Below are positions 29,214 through 44,264 of a stretch of 64,000 nt of DNA, in pieces. A program made the position numbers and the translations under genes. Source of the DNA: Eledone cirrhosa (lineage: Eukaryota); the NCBI GenBank assembly GCA_964016885.1, contig OZ024748.1:6262001-6326000 (forward strand). The letters run 5' to 3'. Positions within the stretch are counted from its first letter, which is position 1. The number at the start of each line of letters is the position of its first letter. The notes under the pieces are model-generated. The model was given only the letters and a program-made list of their open reading frames with translations, was not told where the DNA came from and did not search any database.

Positions 29214-29534
29214 TATATATGCATGAAATAAATATACATATATATATAAATACATAAATATATATATGTAAAGAAAGAAATATATATATATATATGATAG
29301 TAGGTTATTATTAGGGAAAAAGATTATTAGCAAACGTCTTTTTTCCACTTAGTGGAAACGGCCGGAGCTCACCCGTAGGGGTTCTCACTCTTTTTCTATA
29401 TATATATACATAGTCATACTCAACTATCCCAAGTATCGTGTAGTCTTTTAAATAGTTGTCTAACCAGTTTGATACTGGTTTAAACCTGATATATATTTAT
29501 ATATATGTCCGTATATATATATATATATGTGTAC

Positions 29535-29596
<62 letters not shown>

Positions 29597-29673
29597 TATA
29601 CATATATATATAAATATATATGTATGTATATTTACACAAAAACATATACACAGATATATATATATATATATAA

Positions 29674-29731
29674 TCTGCTATGTATTGAGTACCATTCTTA
29701 CTGTGGTTACCCCCGTTTGAACCGGGATATA
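29674..29731 (+). mobile_element. 3' end fragment of family B
   Basis: tctgctatgtattgagtacc..ttactgtggttacccccg matches the reverse complement of 20596-20655. Confidence 0.75.
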
Positions 29732-29834
29732 AATATATATATATATATATATATATGTACGTTTGTGTGTGTGTGTGTGTGAGGATATATATATGTGTAT
29801 GTGTGTGTGAGTGTGTGTGTCTGCTTGTACGAAC

Positions 29835-30400
29835 GGTAAACGTCTAAACAGCACAGCAAAACGATACACTACTATGAACATATACATTACTTTGACGGTT
29901 CTTTTAGTACGAACAGAGTTTTAATGTTTTGGACAATAGTCGAGAAGGGAAAGAAAGAGGAAAGAATATTTGTTGGAGAGAAAGCTCTTGTGTGTTCCGG
30001 TAAAGAAGAGTTCTGTTACATAAACTAAATGTATAGCATTCCAGCCCTGATACTCTCCTCTTTTTAAAAGATATGAGGGTTTTCACATCACTTATTTGGT
30101 TGACCTTTCCTTATTTCATAGTGTGTTTTCGGTGTAATTTGAGCGTGATTCCTCCGCTATTTCTGGCAGATCACGTGACCTATAGACTTTGTGTTTCATT
30201 CATTGGACCGTTAATTGTTGTTATTGCCAATGAAATCCTTGACATTTTAAACAAATCTATAGTAATTGCTGATACGTTTGAAGTACAAACAGCTGCCGTG
30301 GTATTCATTTATAAACAATAGTTTACTCTCTACTAGAAATAATACAATGGGAGAGATTCTAACTGGTGGACGATTAGGCGTCGAGACATACCAGCAAAGT
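29835..30400 (+). pseudogene. Decayed Penelope-like element 3' region: GIY-YIG endonuclease C-terminus and pLTR-like tail
   Basis: With frameshifts: KRL.QHSKTIHYYEHIH..SFNVLD..WRESSCV..KLNV*HSSPDTLLF, matching the RxxEH..H..FxILD..ES..LN..S..LF pattern; degenerate HHR CTGGTG GACG ATTAGG CGTC GAGAC near 30363-30387. Confidence 0.5.
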
Positions 30401-30657
30401 AGTCTTCCAGTTATGGCCCGCCACTTTAGAACAAGGAAAGTTTACATTTCATTAATGAAATCCATAGTGAACTATGTCTGCAGGACAATATGATGAAATC
30501 TCTGCTCGATCTGGGGTTATAAACCTGCAATAACCACAATACAGACTCCAGCAAGACAACTATACCTCCATCACAATATCAACAATAAAAAAAACGGCAA
30601 AACTACCGGAAACCAGGACAACAACAACAACAGCAACAACAACAATAATAATAATAA

Positions 30658-30846
30658 TAATTGCTTCTAATTTTGGCACAAGGCCAGCAATTACCCAGTA
30701 CATTACTGGTACTTTATTTTACCGACCCCGTAAGGATGAAAGGCAAAGTTAACCTCGACGGGATTTGAACTCAGACCGTAAAGAAACGTAACTATGCTAG
30801 AAAGCATGGCGTCCAACCCTCTATCGATACTGCCAATTCACCGCCC
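30658..30846 (-). mobile_element. Full-length SINE S1
   Basis: Reverse complement of the S1 consensus with (AAT)n tail. Confidence 0.85.
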
Positions 30847-31229
30847 AATAATAATTATAATAATAATAATGATTTCTTTATTGGCCACAAGGGCTGACAT
30901 CAAGAAAAACATTACAGACGGCACAGGACGGTACGATGTGGGTTTTGCGCATGTAAATATTTTTATCATTTATATAAGAAAAGAAAAAAAGACATAGAAA
31001 CAATAACAAAAACAACAAAAAACAATAGTTACCTCAACAACAAAATCAGCAAGACAACCGACTGACAACCGCAACAATATGAAGAACAAAATCAAACAAC
31101 AACAAAAACCACAATAAAAGCAACAACCACAGCAGCAACAACCAGAATATCAACTTTCAATACACCCAAAGTAGTATTCTTGAAAATATGAAATAAATTG
31201 TTCTTGTTATTGGCCCAAATTTAGGAGAA

Positions 31230-31592
31230 TGGTGAATTGGCAGTATCGGTAGAGGGTCGGACGCCATGCTTTGCAGCACAGTTACGTCCCTTTACGGACT
31301 GAGTTCAAATCCCGCTGAGGTTAACTTTGCCTTTCGGGGTCGATAAAATAAAGTACCAGTAATACATTGGATAATTGCAGGCCTTGTGAAACAATTATTA
31401 GGGTGGTGAATTGGCAGTATCGGTAGAGGGTCGGACGCCATGCTTTGACGCATAGAGTTACGGGCCTTGCCATTCTGAGTTCAAATCCAACCGAGGTTAA
31501 CTTTGCCTTTCATCCTTCCGAGGTCGATAACATAAAGTACCAGTAATGCACTGAGTTCATAGCTGGCCTTGTGCAAAAAGTAGAAACAATTA
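31230..31592 (+). mobile_element. Two head-to-tail SINE S1 copies
   Basis: ggtgaattggcagtatcggtagagggtcggacgccatg at ~31231 and ~31405. Confidence 0.85.
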
Positions 31593-32077
31593 TATGACTG
31601 GTACCTAATGTCGAAGTTGAGCTCGGCCTATGATTTCTAAAATATCTACAAGGTGCCATATTTTGTCTGGGGTTGAGATAGGTATAATTAGGAGCTTAAA
31701 ATCAACAGTAAATATTAATTTGTTCATATATAAATGAGACAACGGGAATATGATTCCTTAATGTTCAGTACTTGTTAAGATTTTTTTGTTTCAGTATATA
31801 TATAGGTGCACAGATATACACACCCTCATACATACTGAAGTCTTAAAGAGGTGCTCTTGCATAAGGATGAAGAATTGGAAGTTGAACATACCACCTAACG
31901 TGTACATCCCACTTCTAAAGTTTGGCGTAGTTAGGACCGAGAGAAGCAAAATACTAAGAAATACAGTAAAACATTCAATGCGTCATTCTAACGATACTAA
32001 ACTTCACCACCAGGGGGCGGAGATGATGTAAACGATTACATCTTTCCGGTGTGGTGATTATTGGTGTATATATCTAA

Positions 32078-32152
<75 letters not shown>

Positions 32153-32380
32153 ACTTATATTTATGCATGCATACTTATATATATATATATATATATATAT
32201 ATAGATATATATAGATATATATATTATAGTTGTTATAGTTGATTAGACACAGGTCATACCTGATTGAGCAAACTTATGATTCAAAGCAATACACAAACAG
32301 ACGCACACATACGTACACACAGAGAAATACACTCATACAGATGCACTCACACACACACACATATGCATATATACATACAT

Positions 32381-32461
<81 letters not shown>

Positions 32462-32587
32462 TGTTTTGATGTTCGTGTCTATTTGCTAATATATGAATGT
32501 GTGTATGTTTGTATGTATGGTAATATAGAAGAGGGAGTTTATAGTCCCTTGTCGGGGAGAGGGCGATAGCTCCCAAGACACTTTATT

Positions 32588-32955
32588 TCAAGCTCTAAAG
32601 TCCCTGATGTATGTGATGGCGGTGGTGTTATTGGTGGTGATGGAGGTGCTGCGAGTGGTGGTGCTTATTGAAGAGATGCTGGTGATGGTGGTAGTGTTAT
32701 TGGTGGTGCTGGAGGTGCCGCTAGTGGTGGTGGTTATTGTAGAGATGTTGGTGTTGTTCTTGGTGGTTTTGTTGGCGTTGATATATTTGGAGGTGGTGGT
32801 AATGGTGTTTTTGGTGTTGTTATTGTTGTTGGTGGTGGTGTTTTGGGAGGTGGGGGTAATGGTATTATTACTGGTGGTGTTAATAGTGATGGTGTTGTTA
32901 TTGTTGTTGTTGGTGTTTTTGGAGGTGGTGCTGATCGTGTTGAATTGAATGTGAT
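32588..32955 (-). CDS. Candidate terminal Thr/Asn/Ser-rich exon (phase 1)
   Basis: Acceptor tttttcctcag; frame open to TGA immediately followed by AATAAA; low complexity, so it could be a decayed microsatellite. Confidence 0.3.
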
Positions 32956-33427
32956 CTGAGGAAAAATAGGCTGTTATCTTTAACAGAGAAAGTAAAACAA
33001 AATGAGTGAAGGTTCCCACGTTGGCCTCCATAAGTATTTCTATATATGAATATTTATGTACGTATATGCATGCTTATATGTAAGAGTGGGTCTTTGTATG
33101 TGTGTGTATATGTGTGCGCGTGCATTTGTGTGTGTGAATGTGAGTTACATACACACTATATGTGACAATCCGGTTATGTATAATAACGATTACAAAGTTA
33201 AAATATCGACGAATACTCAATAAATTGTTTTCATTTCAAATAAAAAATAATAAAAAAACAGAACAATAAACAAAAGGAAAACTATTAAAATAAATAGATA
33301 AAAATATCAAACAGAACAAAAAGTAAGACAACAATATAAACAATAATATTGTTATAATGAACAAAATAAATGAACGCCTTCATTAATCACACACAGGCTT
33401 ATATATATACACACATACATAAGTACT

Positions 33428-33491
<64 letters not shown>

Positions 33492-33598
33492 TTCACACAC
33501 ACACACCACACTCTCTCATACAAACACAAATATACATATATATACATACATACATATATATATATACAACGGAACAAAAGTGGTATGTTCATACACAG

Positions 33599-33659
<61 letters not shown>

Positions 33660-34391
33660 GTGTGTGTGTATGTGTGTTTTTGAATGAGTGATTGTGTATG
33701 TAAGTATTTATGTATGTATGTAAGCATGTATGTATGTTGGTGTGTGTACAATATGTAACTAAGTATAGCATTTTTCCTAAATACCTTGCCATAGAGTAAC
33801 ACCGCCTTAAACACAAACATCAACAAGACCAACAGCATCAACAGCACCAGCACCAACAGTAGCAGCACCAATATAATTCCGTGATAGAGAGGATGTAACG
33901 TATTTGCATCACTAGCAGCATCTGAAGTTAGCAACAGTAGTGCTTTCTGCTACTAATAATTGTCATGAAGTCTCTTGGAGTATCCGGGAATACAGAATAA
34001 GTCGAAGTAACATTCCTGACGATGATAGGACCGGCTCTCCCTCCAGCCTCACCCTCAATAATATTAATACGATTTAACACCAACATTGCCACACAAGCAT
34101 ACCATACATATTTACACACACACACACTCACACTCACAGTTACAGTTACACATACAACACTGTCATCACCAACGCAATCATTACTCCACTTACCCCTCTA
34201 TTGCCATCTTATATACAAACACTGACACCACCGAAAACAACCTCCCACCACCGTCACCACCACCACCACCACCACCAACAACAATAACACCACCTCTGGC
34301 ACTATTATTTCATGTTGACGTATTGCCAAAAGAGAAATAATAACAGACGTAACATAAATCGATACACACACATACACACACAATCCTATAG

Positions 34392-34423
<32 letters not shown>

Positions 34424-34446
34424 TATATAAAAACACACACATACAC

Positions 34447-34525
<79 letters not shown>

Positions 34526-35553
34526 CACGCCTATATATATATATATATATAGGGGTGAATTGCTCTTCACAATTTGATGGTGTATTAAAAATTGATACAC
34601 GAAGTAAAGGATTATCATATTCGATCAAATTATTTCTCAGAAGGGTGAGTAGTATTTTAAAAGGGAGATGAAGAACACACAAACCGAGATGTCTAGAAAA
34701 TGGCTGCATTCAATATGGGTTAAAATGTATGAAGACTAAAGTGATTGGGCTTTCTAGAATTATTATTTGTTTTGTGGGAAAATAGTTGTCTTTTATATTA
34801 TCTTTTAAAGTGTTACATATTTTGAAATAAAATCGTATTCAACTATGTCCATGATGTGTACATTCTTTGATGAGCAGATTTTTTCTTCCGGTGAAAAATT
34901 ACACCAATACATCCAATACAATTGTAAAGAAGCCATGGACTCCATTTTGATTTTTCCAATAGGGTAAGTCATAATTAGGAGTTGTTCTTTTGTTATAGAC
35001 AAGTCCATATATGTGACAAACTAACAATTTTATAGGTAAGACAAGGTGTATTATGTAGTCAATTCAAGTGACTGCCAGTTTTATAACAGGAAAATTAGGT
35101 ATTTTAGTTTTTTATTCAATTATTTATTTATATGATTTTTTTTGGTCGGAGTCAGTTTTGTAGTATAGCGGAAAATGGCGGCGGAAATTTACAGAAAAGA
35201 AAAATAATAATACCAGCGTCCAATTTCAAGCAAGGGGAATTTTATTGACCGGTCACGTGTGCCGTGTAATAAAACAAACATAAACAAGCGACACATTAAA
35301 TTATTTCACATCATATATGATTGTAAATATACGCACACACGCCTAAACATATATACACCATACATAAATATATGCACACGTTAGTATATAAGTATACTTG
35401 TATGTATATACGCACATACATACACACATATGTGTTTTTATATATTCATACTTATATGAATACAAACACATACATACAGTTTATGTACACACACACATAT
35501 ATATATATATGTATGCGTGTACATATTTATATAAGTAAGTATTTATATATATA

Positions 35554-35590
<37 letters not shown>

Positions 35591-35669
35591 TTTTTTACAG
35601 AGGGTGAGAAAGTGAGGGAGAGTGAGTGAATGAGAAAGAAAGAGAGTATGATTGTGAGAGGGAGATAGA

Positions 35670-35763
<94 letters not shown>

Positions 35764-35816
35764 GTGTGTGTACGTGAGAGAGATAGAGATAGAGATAGAG
35801 AGAGAGAAAGACAGAC

Positions 35817-35891
<75 letters not shown>

Positions 35892-36346
35892 GAGAGACAG
35901 AGACACCTAATTGTTTTATTACACCTGTAAGTGAAACGATCCCCTGTTAAATTGCCCATTTCCTTCAGTAGGGCCTTTACAGTGATTTAAGATGCTTCGT
36001 CTAGCGTTTTATGGGACCTTTAATGCAGGGATCAAAGTAGCGGTCTAAGGATTAAAGAGATCCCTTTATTACCCAGCTTCTGAATTGGGAGCTATGAACA
36101 GCAATGAAGCAATTGCCATCTTTTTTCAAATTATTTAAACTTCAACTGGTCTTCTAATGATAACGTTGTAACGGTGTATACTATAGACTGGATAGGGGTG
36201 TGAGGATATATGGGCTTTTGTATGTATGTAATTATATTTAGGCTTATGTTTACGTGTGTATATATATATATGTGTGTGTGGTGTGTGTGTGTGTGTGTGT
36301 GTGCGCGTGTCTGTGTGTGTGTGTCTATTGTCTCATTTGTTTTTGT

Positions 36347-36386
<40 letters not shown>

Positions 36387-36402
36387 CATATATATTTACA
36401 TA

Positions 36403-36454
<52 letters not shown>

Positions 36455-36463
36455 ACATATATT

Positions 36464-36511
<48 letters not shown>

Positions 36512-36580
36512 ATAAAAATTATATTTATATATATATAATATATATAAATATATATATACATATATATGTATTCATTTAAC

Positions 36581-36654
<74 letters not shown>

Positions 36655-37325
36655 TATACACATAGTTAAATGAATACATATATATTTATATATATATATA
36701 TATTATATATATATAAATATAAATTATATATAAATATAATATATATATATATATGTATATTTATATATAATGTATATATATATATGTGTGTGTCTGAGTG
36801 TGTTTGTGCGTGTGCGGGTGTGTGTGAGTGAGTGTGTGTTTGCATATATGTATATATATATATATATACATTAGATGTACTTAAAAACGATTCTCTTACC
36901 ATACATATCACGAACACTTAACTCAAACTTATCACACACACTCATATAATTTTTCAAATAGAGTTCGACATTTTGCTTCGTCCACCCAAATAACATTGCA
37001 AACTAATCATCGTAAAACCCTTCCCAGCCCATTTAGTTTTGCCCACCCACACAGTAAGAACACTTCAACGGACTTCTCTCCAGGCCACACATAAAAAAAG
37101 ACAACAATAATAAGAACACAGCACAGTACTACGGACAGCCAGCCGCCCAACCACATCTATACGTCCATCTACACAAAATGTCTCCCTCAGGAAGCAACTC
37201 TTTAACCTGGATGTCTGCTCTTGTCGTATTTACACCAATTACCAAAACCTTAAAACACTTTCGACAAACCATTAAACCTATTAACTAAGGCCGCCCAGAC
37301 TGTTTAGCTTGGAGCTACATTTATG

Positions 37326-37416
<91 letters not shown>

Positions 37417-37587
37417 ATTTGTGTGTGTGTGTGTGTTTGCGTCTGTGTGTGTGTGTGCATGTGTGTACTTATTTCTCTCAAAATTTCACCGTTCTTATAC
37501 AAAGCTTTTGAACGAAACACATCCGTGTATACACATACACACATAAACACACATATATCGAAACTTCGAATTTACTAAACTTACATT

Positions 37588-37636
<49 letters not shown>

Positions 37637-37640
<4 letters not shown>

Positions 37641-38163
37641 AGATAAGCAGAGCAAGTAAAATTCAAACAATTTCTTAAAATAAATTAAAAAATATAATTT
37701 AAATATTTACCTAATCCATTTGCTTTTACCGACGGTTTGACCTTACAAAAGATTGGAGATCCTAGGGATCTCCTGCTTCTACTAAGGGCTGGTTCATGCA
37801 TAGGTCAAGTTTACAGCCTCATTCGTTCCTGTCCTAGCTGGCAGGTGGCAATATATTTTGCCGTTCTTGGGACTTCTGTCCTAGGAAAGGAAAATGCTCT
37901 CTGATGATCCGAACATTTCCATTGGAGATCCCTAGGATCTCCAATATTTTGTAAGGTGAAACCGTCGGTAAAAGCAAATGGACTAGGTAAATATTTAAAT
38001 TATATTTTTTAATTTATTTTAAGAAATTGTTTGAATTTTACTTGCTCCGCTTATCTCAATTTTATAGTTCTGGTATGTCAAATTAATACCATGGAACACC
38101 ACTGTATCATAGATACCCTATATATTTCCAGGGGTACTTAGTACCTGTGGGGATATTAATCTC

Positions 38164-38167
<4 letters not shown>
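37637..38167 (+). mobile_element. TA-flanked fold-back insert containing a hammerhead
   Basis: 137-bp inverted arms 37637-37773 and 37924-38060; the long arm continues to (TA)n near 38167. Confidence 0.85.
37895..37976 (+). ncRNA. Type I hammerhead ribozyme with an extra hairpin in stem II
   Basis: UGCUCU CUGAUGA UCC ... AUUGGAGAUC CCUAG GAUCUCCAAU ... GGU GAAAC CGUCG GUA/AAAGCA. Confidence 0.75.
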
Positions 38168-38241
<74 letters not shown>

Positions 38242-38289
38242 TCGTCTATATATATATGTACGTACAAATACGTTTGTATATACATATAA

Positions 38290-38524
<235 letters not shown>

Positions 38525-39487
38525 AGTGCGTGTATGAATTTGACATCTCAACACTGACTCGGTTAATCTGTGACACGAGGTTTCAACGATGTTTCTATTT
38601 TCCGTTTAGTCATGCCCTTTATTTCTTTGGGGACAAAACAGAGACATAAATGGGGGCGATGGTTACCTTTAAAAAACTGACAATCACGAAAGCTCTACCG
38701 TGCCACAGAGATCAATTTTCAAGCACTAGTATCCAGTTCGCAAGACAATGTTTCACTCGTTATGTGCCGACTAGAAGAACTCGTGTGTCAAGTATCTCAT
38801 AGCTCACCAACCAGTCTGTTGTACTCTCCTTTATGTTGTTGCTCGAACTAAATATATACATAAATGTATAATTAAATAAACAAAAAAATTACTGTGCCCT
38901 GCACGTAATTGTGTACGATCTGGTTGACTAAACATATTTGTTGTTTTGTTTTAAGGGTCTTGTGTGTACTTGTACATGCACGATATATATACAAAAGCCA
39001 CAGTGACCGTAGAACTTCACTCCATCCCCACAACTACAACGATGAGCTAATATAACTGATGGTCGTCTAGGTTCTAGACAATGAGATAGCATCTATACCG
39101 TTACTCAAACAGCTAGAAATGGTAGCTATACCAATTATCTTTGAAATGTCTGTCCGGTTGAAACGGTACTGCACCTCCGCAACGATATCTACGAGTTAAT
39201 ATAGCTGTTGGTTATATTCAATGAACAATTGAAAGATAAACCGAAATATTATTCAAAGCAAAACCTAATTCATTGGCGTTGGATTAACATAATCGTTAGA
39301 GCGTCGGACAACATAGAGGCCCAGTCGTTGGCTCAAATTGCAGTTACTTAGAGTGTTTATTCAGATCACTTTCACACACACACAAACACACTTACTCACA
39401 CACACATGAACACACAAGCACATACGCTGAGACAGACATAAACGGAAAAATGAACGCAGTCGCATAAAATCAAACAACAATCCACAG

Positions 39488-39552
<65 letters not shown>

Positions 39553-40237
39553 TCATCAATATATTTCTCTCCAAACATATTCAGTCGTAATGTCATTACA
39601 CACACAAACACATACACGTATATATATATATATATAAATACATAGAAAGACATTGAGGTAGAATCTAATACTTCTCTCCTCTGTGATTAATTGTCAACCA
39701 GTGAGTACAAGGGGAAGACTAGAGACAAAACAACAAACAAACTAAAGGAAGCTTTCTCACCACCACCACAACCAATATCAGCAACAACACAATCACCACC
39801 ATAACCAACAACAACACAACCACCGTCACTACCACCACCACCACCACCACCACCACCAAAACCACCACCACCAAAACCATCACCACTACCACCACCACAC
39901 CACAACCACCACCACTACCACCACCACCACCACCATATTTTCACTAACGCCCTTTTCACATCATCCCTGCTTATACGTATGGATGTGTTTTTGTATTTGT
40001 CTATATCTGTGTGTGTATGTATATTTGTGTATGTCTGTGTGTGTGTCTATGTATGCGTGTATGTATATGTATATATGTGTGAAGGGGGAGGGGGTATAAG
40101 ATAAACGGCCTGGAGTGTTCCTCAGAGGAGATTTACAACAGTCCGCTGTTGTTTCATGTCGTAAATAAAAAGTTGAAGGGACGGGTGGCTTTCACTTGAG
40201 TCCACTCGGTGGGGTGTTGCAAAACACATACAATCAT

Positions 40238-40302
<65 letters not shown>

Positions 40303-40529
40303 ATTGCCTGATATCTTTTTCGGATATTTTGTTGGATCTCTTCGTACGTAGCAGCAACACTATCCAAGATTTGTTTGACAAAACGTTGAACATTTGAAAT
40401 CTTATTGTTTCATTCAAACCATTTTTCTAATCAAACTATAACTGCTTTTTCTCCTAAAAGAACTTTCTAAAACTGCCAAATGTTCCTTGTCATAATATCT
40501 CCAACTTCAAATATATAAACGTTACTACG

Positions 40530-40836
40530 TACGAGGTTTATTCCAAAAGTAAAGGTATTGATGTTTGGTTTAAATATATATTAGATGTACGTGGAATTAA
40601 AAATTATCCCCTTCAAAATACTACCATTGGGAAGTCACACAGTAGTTCCAACGTTTTCTCTAGTTATTGTAGCAGTATTGAAGGTCATTTTCTGTGACTT
40701 TCCTTAGATCTTCAGTTAGAATTTTTTTGTATGTTTTCCAGTTCCAACATTATGACCCTTCAACTTCGATTTCAAATTAGTGAAGAGGTAAAAATCATAC
40801 GGAGTCAGATTTGGGCTGCACGTAGGATGTGCAGTA
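40530..40836 (-). mobile_element. Mariner DNA transposon remnant (transposase C-terminus and one TIR)
   Basis: HPTCSPNLTPYDFYLFTNLKSKLKG resembles YSPDLAPxD; RWNYCVTSQW*YFEGD follows; TIR-like tacgaggtttattccaaaagtaa at 40530. Confidence 0.85.
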
Positions 40837-41569
40837 TATATATAGGTATAAATAGTTTTTCTCACCAAAGAAAAATCACTTTTTGCCTTTCGCCTTTCTC
40901 TCATTCACTGTGATTCAGACTCATCTCCATCTTATTCTCTCTTTCCATCTATCTCCCTCATTTTACCCTACTCTATTTCTTTCTCACCATTCTAGCGTAT
41001 AGGTCTTTCCCTTTTATTTATTCCTCTCTACTCCACCATATCTCTCTCACAATATTTATCTTTTTCTCTCCCTTTCATAGGGTATATATATATACCTCTC
41101 TCATTCTTCTCCTCATTCTCAAACACATACCATGTCTCTCCACCTCTCCTCTCTCTCTATAGATAACACTAGAGAGGGGGGGGGGAGAGATTATCTTAAA
41201 TAAGCTATATTACAAAAGACACATCATAAATCTATATAATCCAACCAACATCATTACTGAAACGATCATCAAACATCTCATTTCCGGTGGAATTTCCTAA
41301 ACCTATACACACACTAGCACATATACACATACACATCTACACACATATGTTAATACACACACACACAAATAAACATAAGACATGCTGCCTTCCTCAACAA
41401 CTGTAAAAAACCTTAGATAAAAATACTGGTAGTCATATATAGAAAAACTGTAAAGAAGTTTAAATTCGAAAATGATTTTTAATATAAAATACTATATGTC
41501 GGCTGAAATGTTCATAGACTGACAAGGCAGGATTGATGCTAGAACTGTGAAATCTTGTAATGCAATGTA

Positions 41570-41601
<32 letters not shown>

Positions 41602-41607
41602 CACGCA

Positions 41608-41666
41608 CCCAGAAATAACCGTCGAAATGGTTTGAGCTCTGCCGTCGAGGTCTTGAACATTTTCCT
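41608..41666 (+). mobile_element. Solo short arm of family A
   Basis: ccagaaataaccgtcgaaatggtttgagctctgccgtcgaggtc...ttttccTA then (TA)n. Confidence 0.75.
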
Positions 41667-41732
41667 ATATATATATATATATACATATATATATGTGTGC
41701 GTGTGTGTGTGTGTATATATATATGTATATGC

Positions 41733-41773
<41 letters not shown>

Positions 41774-42126
41774 TGCCCTGCAGATCCTTTCTCCCATTAT
41801 GTCTTTGTAAATAATGGCTACTAAAGATTATCATAAATAACCTCTTTGACAAAAGACACATCATAAATCTGTTTAATCCGACCCTATTACTGAAGCTAAC
41901 GTCACAGTATTCACCTACTGGTTAATCACCGAAATCACCGCCTCACCAACAATATCACATTCTCTCCCTTCTACATCCTTCTCTCTATCTACTAACCCCT
42001 GTTTTTATAGTCACCTTTTATAATTGTCCTTTCCCAGTCTTCTATCTCACATCCCATCATTCCATCTCGTCTCATTTATTTCCTTTCATTTCATACGGTT
42101 CTCTTATCTCACTCTCTTTCTTTCTC

Positions 42127-42194
<68 letters not shown>

Positions 42195-42381
42195 CTCTCT
42201 CGCTTTCTCTCTATCCCCCCCTCTCACTCTCTCTTCCTTTTTATATATATTTATATATTTGGACTTTCATCTTTATTTTCTATTTATATTTTATTTTGTA
42301 TATCGTCTCTTAATATGCATATATGTGTGTATGTATAATATATATAAGCATATATATATATACACATTTATATAAGATATA

Positions 42382-42434
<53 letters not shown>

Positions 42435-42632
42435 GTAGATGCTTATGTGAGTGCACACATATGTCTGAAAGTGATGGCCATGTCTGAAGCGCCTTTGATC
42501 ATAGGACTGGTCGACTAGCGTTGGCCTGGAGCTTAACAACAAAACTACCATGGACACAGACACACACAAACACACACATATGTGCACATCAGATATATAT
42601 ATATATATGTCTATATATATATATACATACAT

Positions 42633-42701
<69 letters not shown>

Positions 42702-43289
42702 AGTACACTTAATCCCTTTCCATGTTTCCTAGATGTTCTGACAGCAGTAGATGACACTTTTACTGTTTAAATCCTTCCTAAATCCCGATTTATTGTTTCC
42801 GCTATGTCATACAGGTGTTATAAATATATATATGTATATATATATATAAACATATATTTTATGTATATGTTTATATGTATCTATAGATATATGCGCACAT
42901 ACATATATATATGTATATGTGTGTGTGTTTAAATGTGTATGTGATTTTCTCTGTGTGTACATCTATAAAATTATGCGTGTGTCTCAGTTCGTGTGTTTTA
43001 TGAGCGTTTTATGAATTGCTAATAGTCTACACGATTACACACACTAACAAAGGCAAACACACACACACACACACACACACACTAACACAGGCAAACACAC
43101 ACACACACACACACACTAACACAGGCAAACACACACACACACACTAACACACACGCACATACAAACACGCAATATTATAACAGTCATCTTTAAAAGGATA
43201 TAAAATGACTGTTCAAAAAGCGGTAAAAATGTCGACGAGATGAAACAGTCTTTGAACCAGCACGTGTAGCCTATATATTTATTGCTCAC

Positions 43290-43436
43290 ATTTTTCAACC
43301 GTCACTGATCGTTCTGTGTCCGCATTTCTTAGCTTTTCCAATTTAGTATCATCCCTTCCCGGGAGCAAGCTGCACCAAATCCTCCTTCCACGTGTTTGAA
43401 AACTTTCTGTTTTCCCTGATTCGAATGGATCTCCGT
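43290..43436 (-). CDS. Candidate internal exon (phase 1/1), PLAT/LH2-like fragment GDPFESGKTESFQTRGRRIWCSLLPGRDDTKLEKLRNADTERSVTVEK
   Basis: aacag acceptor, gtgagc donor, 147 nt open; FExGxTxxF resembles the PLAT-domain FERGxxDxF motif. Confidence 0.5.
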
Positions 43437-44264
43437 CTGTTTTCAATGAGAGTTTTAGATGATCAGTCAAAGGTACAACTAATTCTTGAAACTAAAGTGT
43501 ATATGGCTGAGTATTCCACACACATATGTTTATTCTTAACGTAATTCTCAGTGAGATTCGGCAAGACATTGTGTTTGAGAGTGTGTGAGATGGTTTGACT
43601 TTTGAATTACAGATTCAGTCCATCCGACAGGCTATCAAACAGTTTCCGTCAACCAAGGCAGGGCTCAGTCCGAATCCATGGTAAATGGTATTTGGTGAAG
43701 ACACCACCTCGGTTGTATAGAACTCGAAACGTAATAATTGTGAAGTGAAATTTATTTTTAAAAAAAAAAAACTTTTCTTATATCAATAAATTATTCTGCA
43801 TAGTGATTTGTACATGTTTATTTTATTATAATTTACAATTTTACAGGGTTGTAACTGAAATTAATCTTTATTTATCACTTTAACCCAGCATGTTTATATT
43901 GTAAGATTGGCAGAATTGCTAAAGAGTCAGACAGGATGCTTTGCAGTACCTAAACTCTTCTATATTGCTCTGTGCCCCCACCCTAATTAGACGGTGTCTC
44001 AGACATGCAGATAGCATTAACAATGGAAATACCAATAGAAACAATGTTTCATTGGTCTGATCTGATGATTGATAACTTTATGTTATCATAACACTTAAAA
44101 ATAAAGAATAATCATGACTTGGCGTGTCAGACATTATTCCTTCATCTTAAAAGAAAACGTGGAGTGAGGTAAATATTATGAACTCAGAATGTAAAGACCC
44201 GATACTAATACTCTACAGCAACTGTCCGATAGCCTAACGATTCTGCCAACCCCGTTCCTCCTCT

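Noticed and set aside
33880-34080. Unique island as a coding exon
   Set aside because: Short open frames on both strands, with no clear splice sites or recognisable motif.
35160-35270. Promoter-like cluster (AAAATGGCGG, CACGTG), also near 49590-49630
   Set aside because: Short motifs only; cannot be tied to a transcription start from sequence.
41510-41566. CTGACAA...GAAAT CTT GTA hammerhead-like motif
   Set aside because: C3/A8 mismatch and no convincing stem I.
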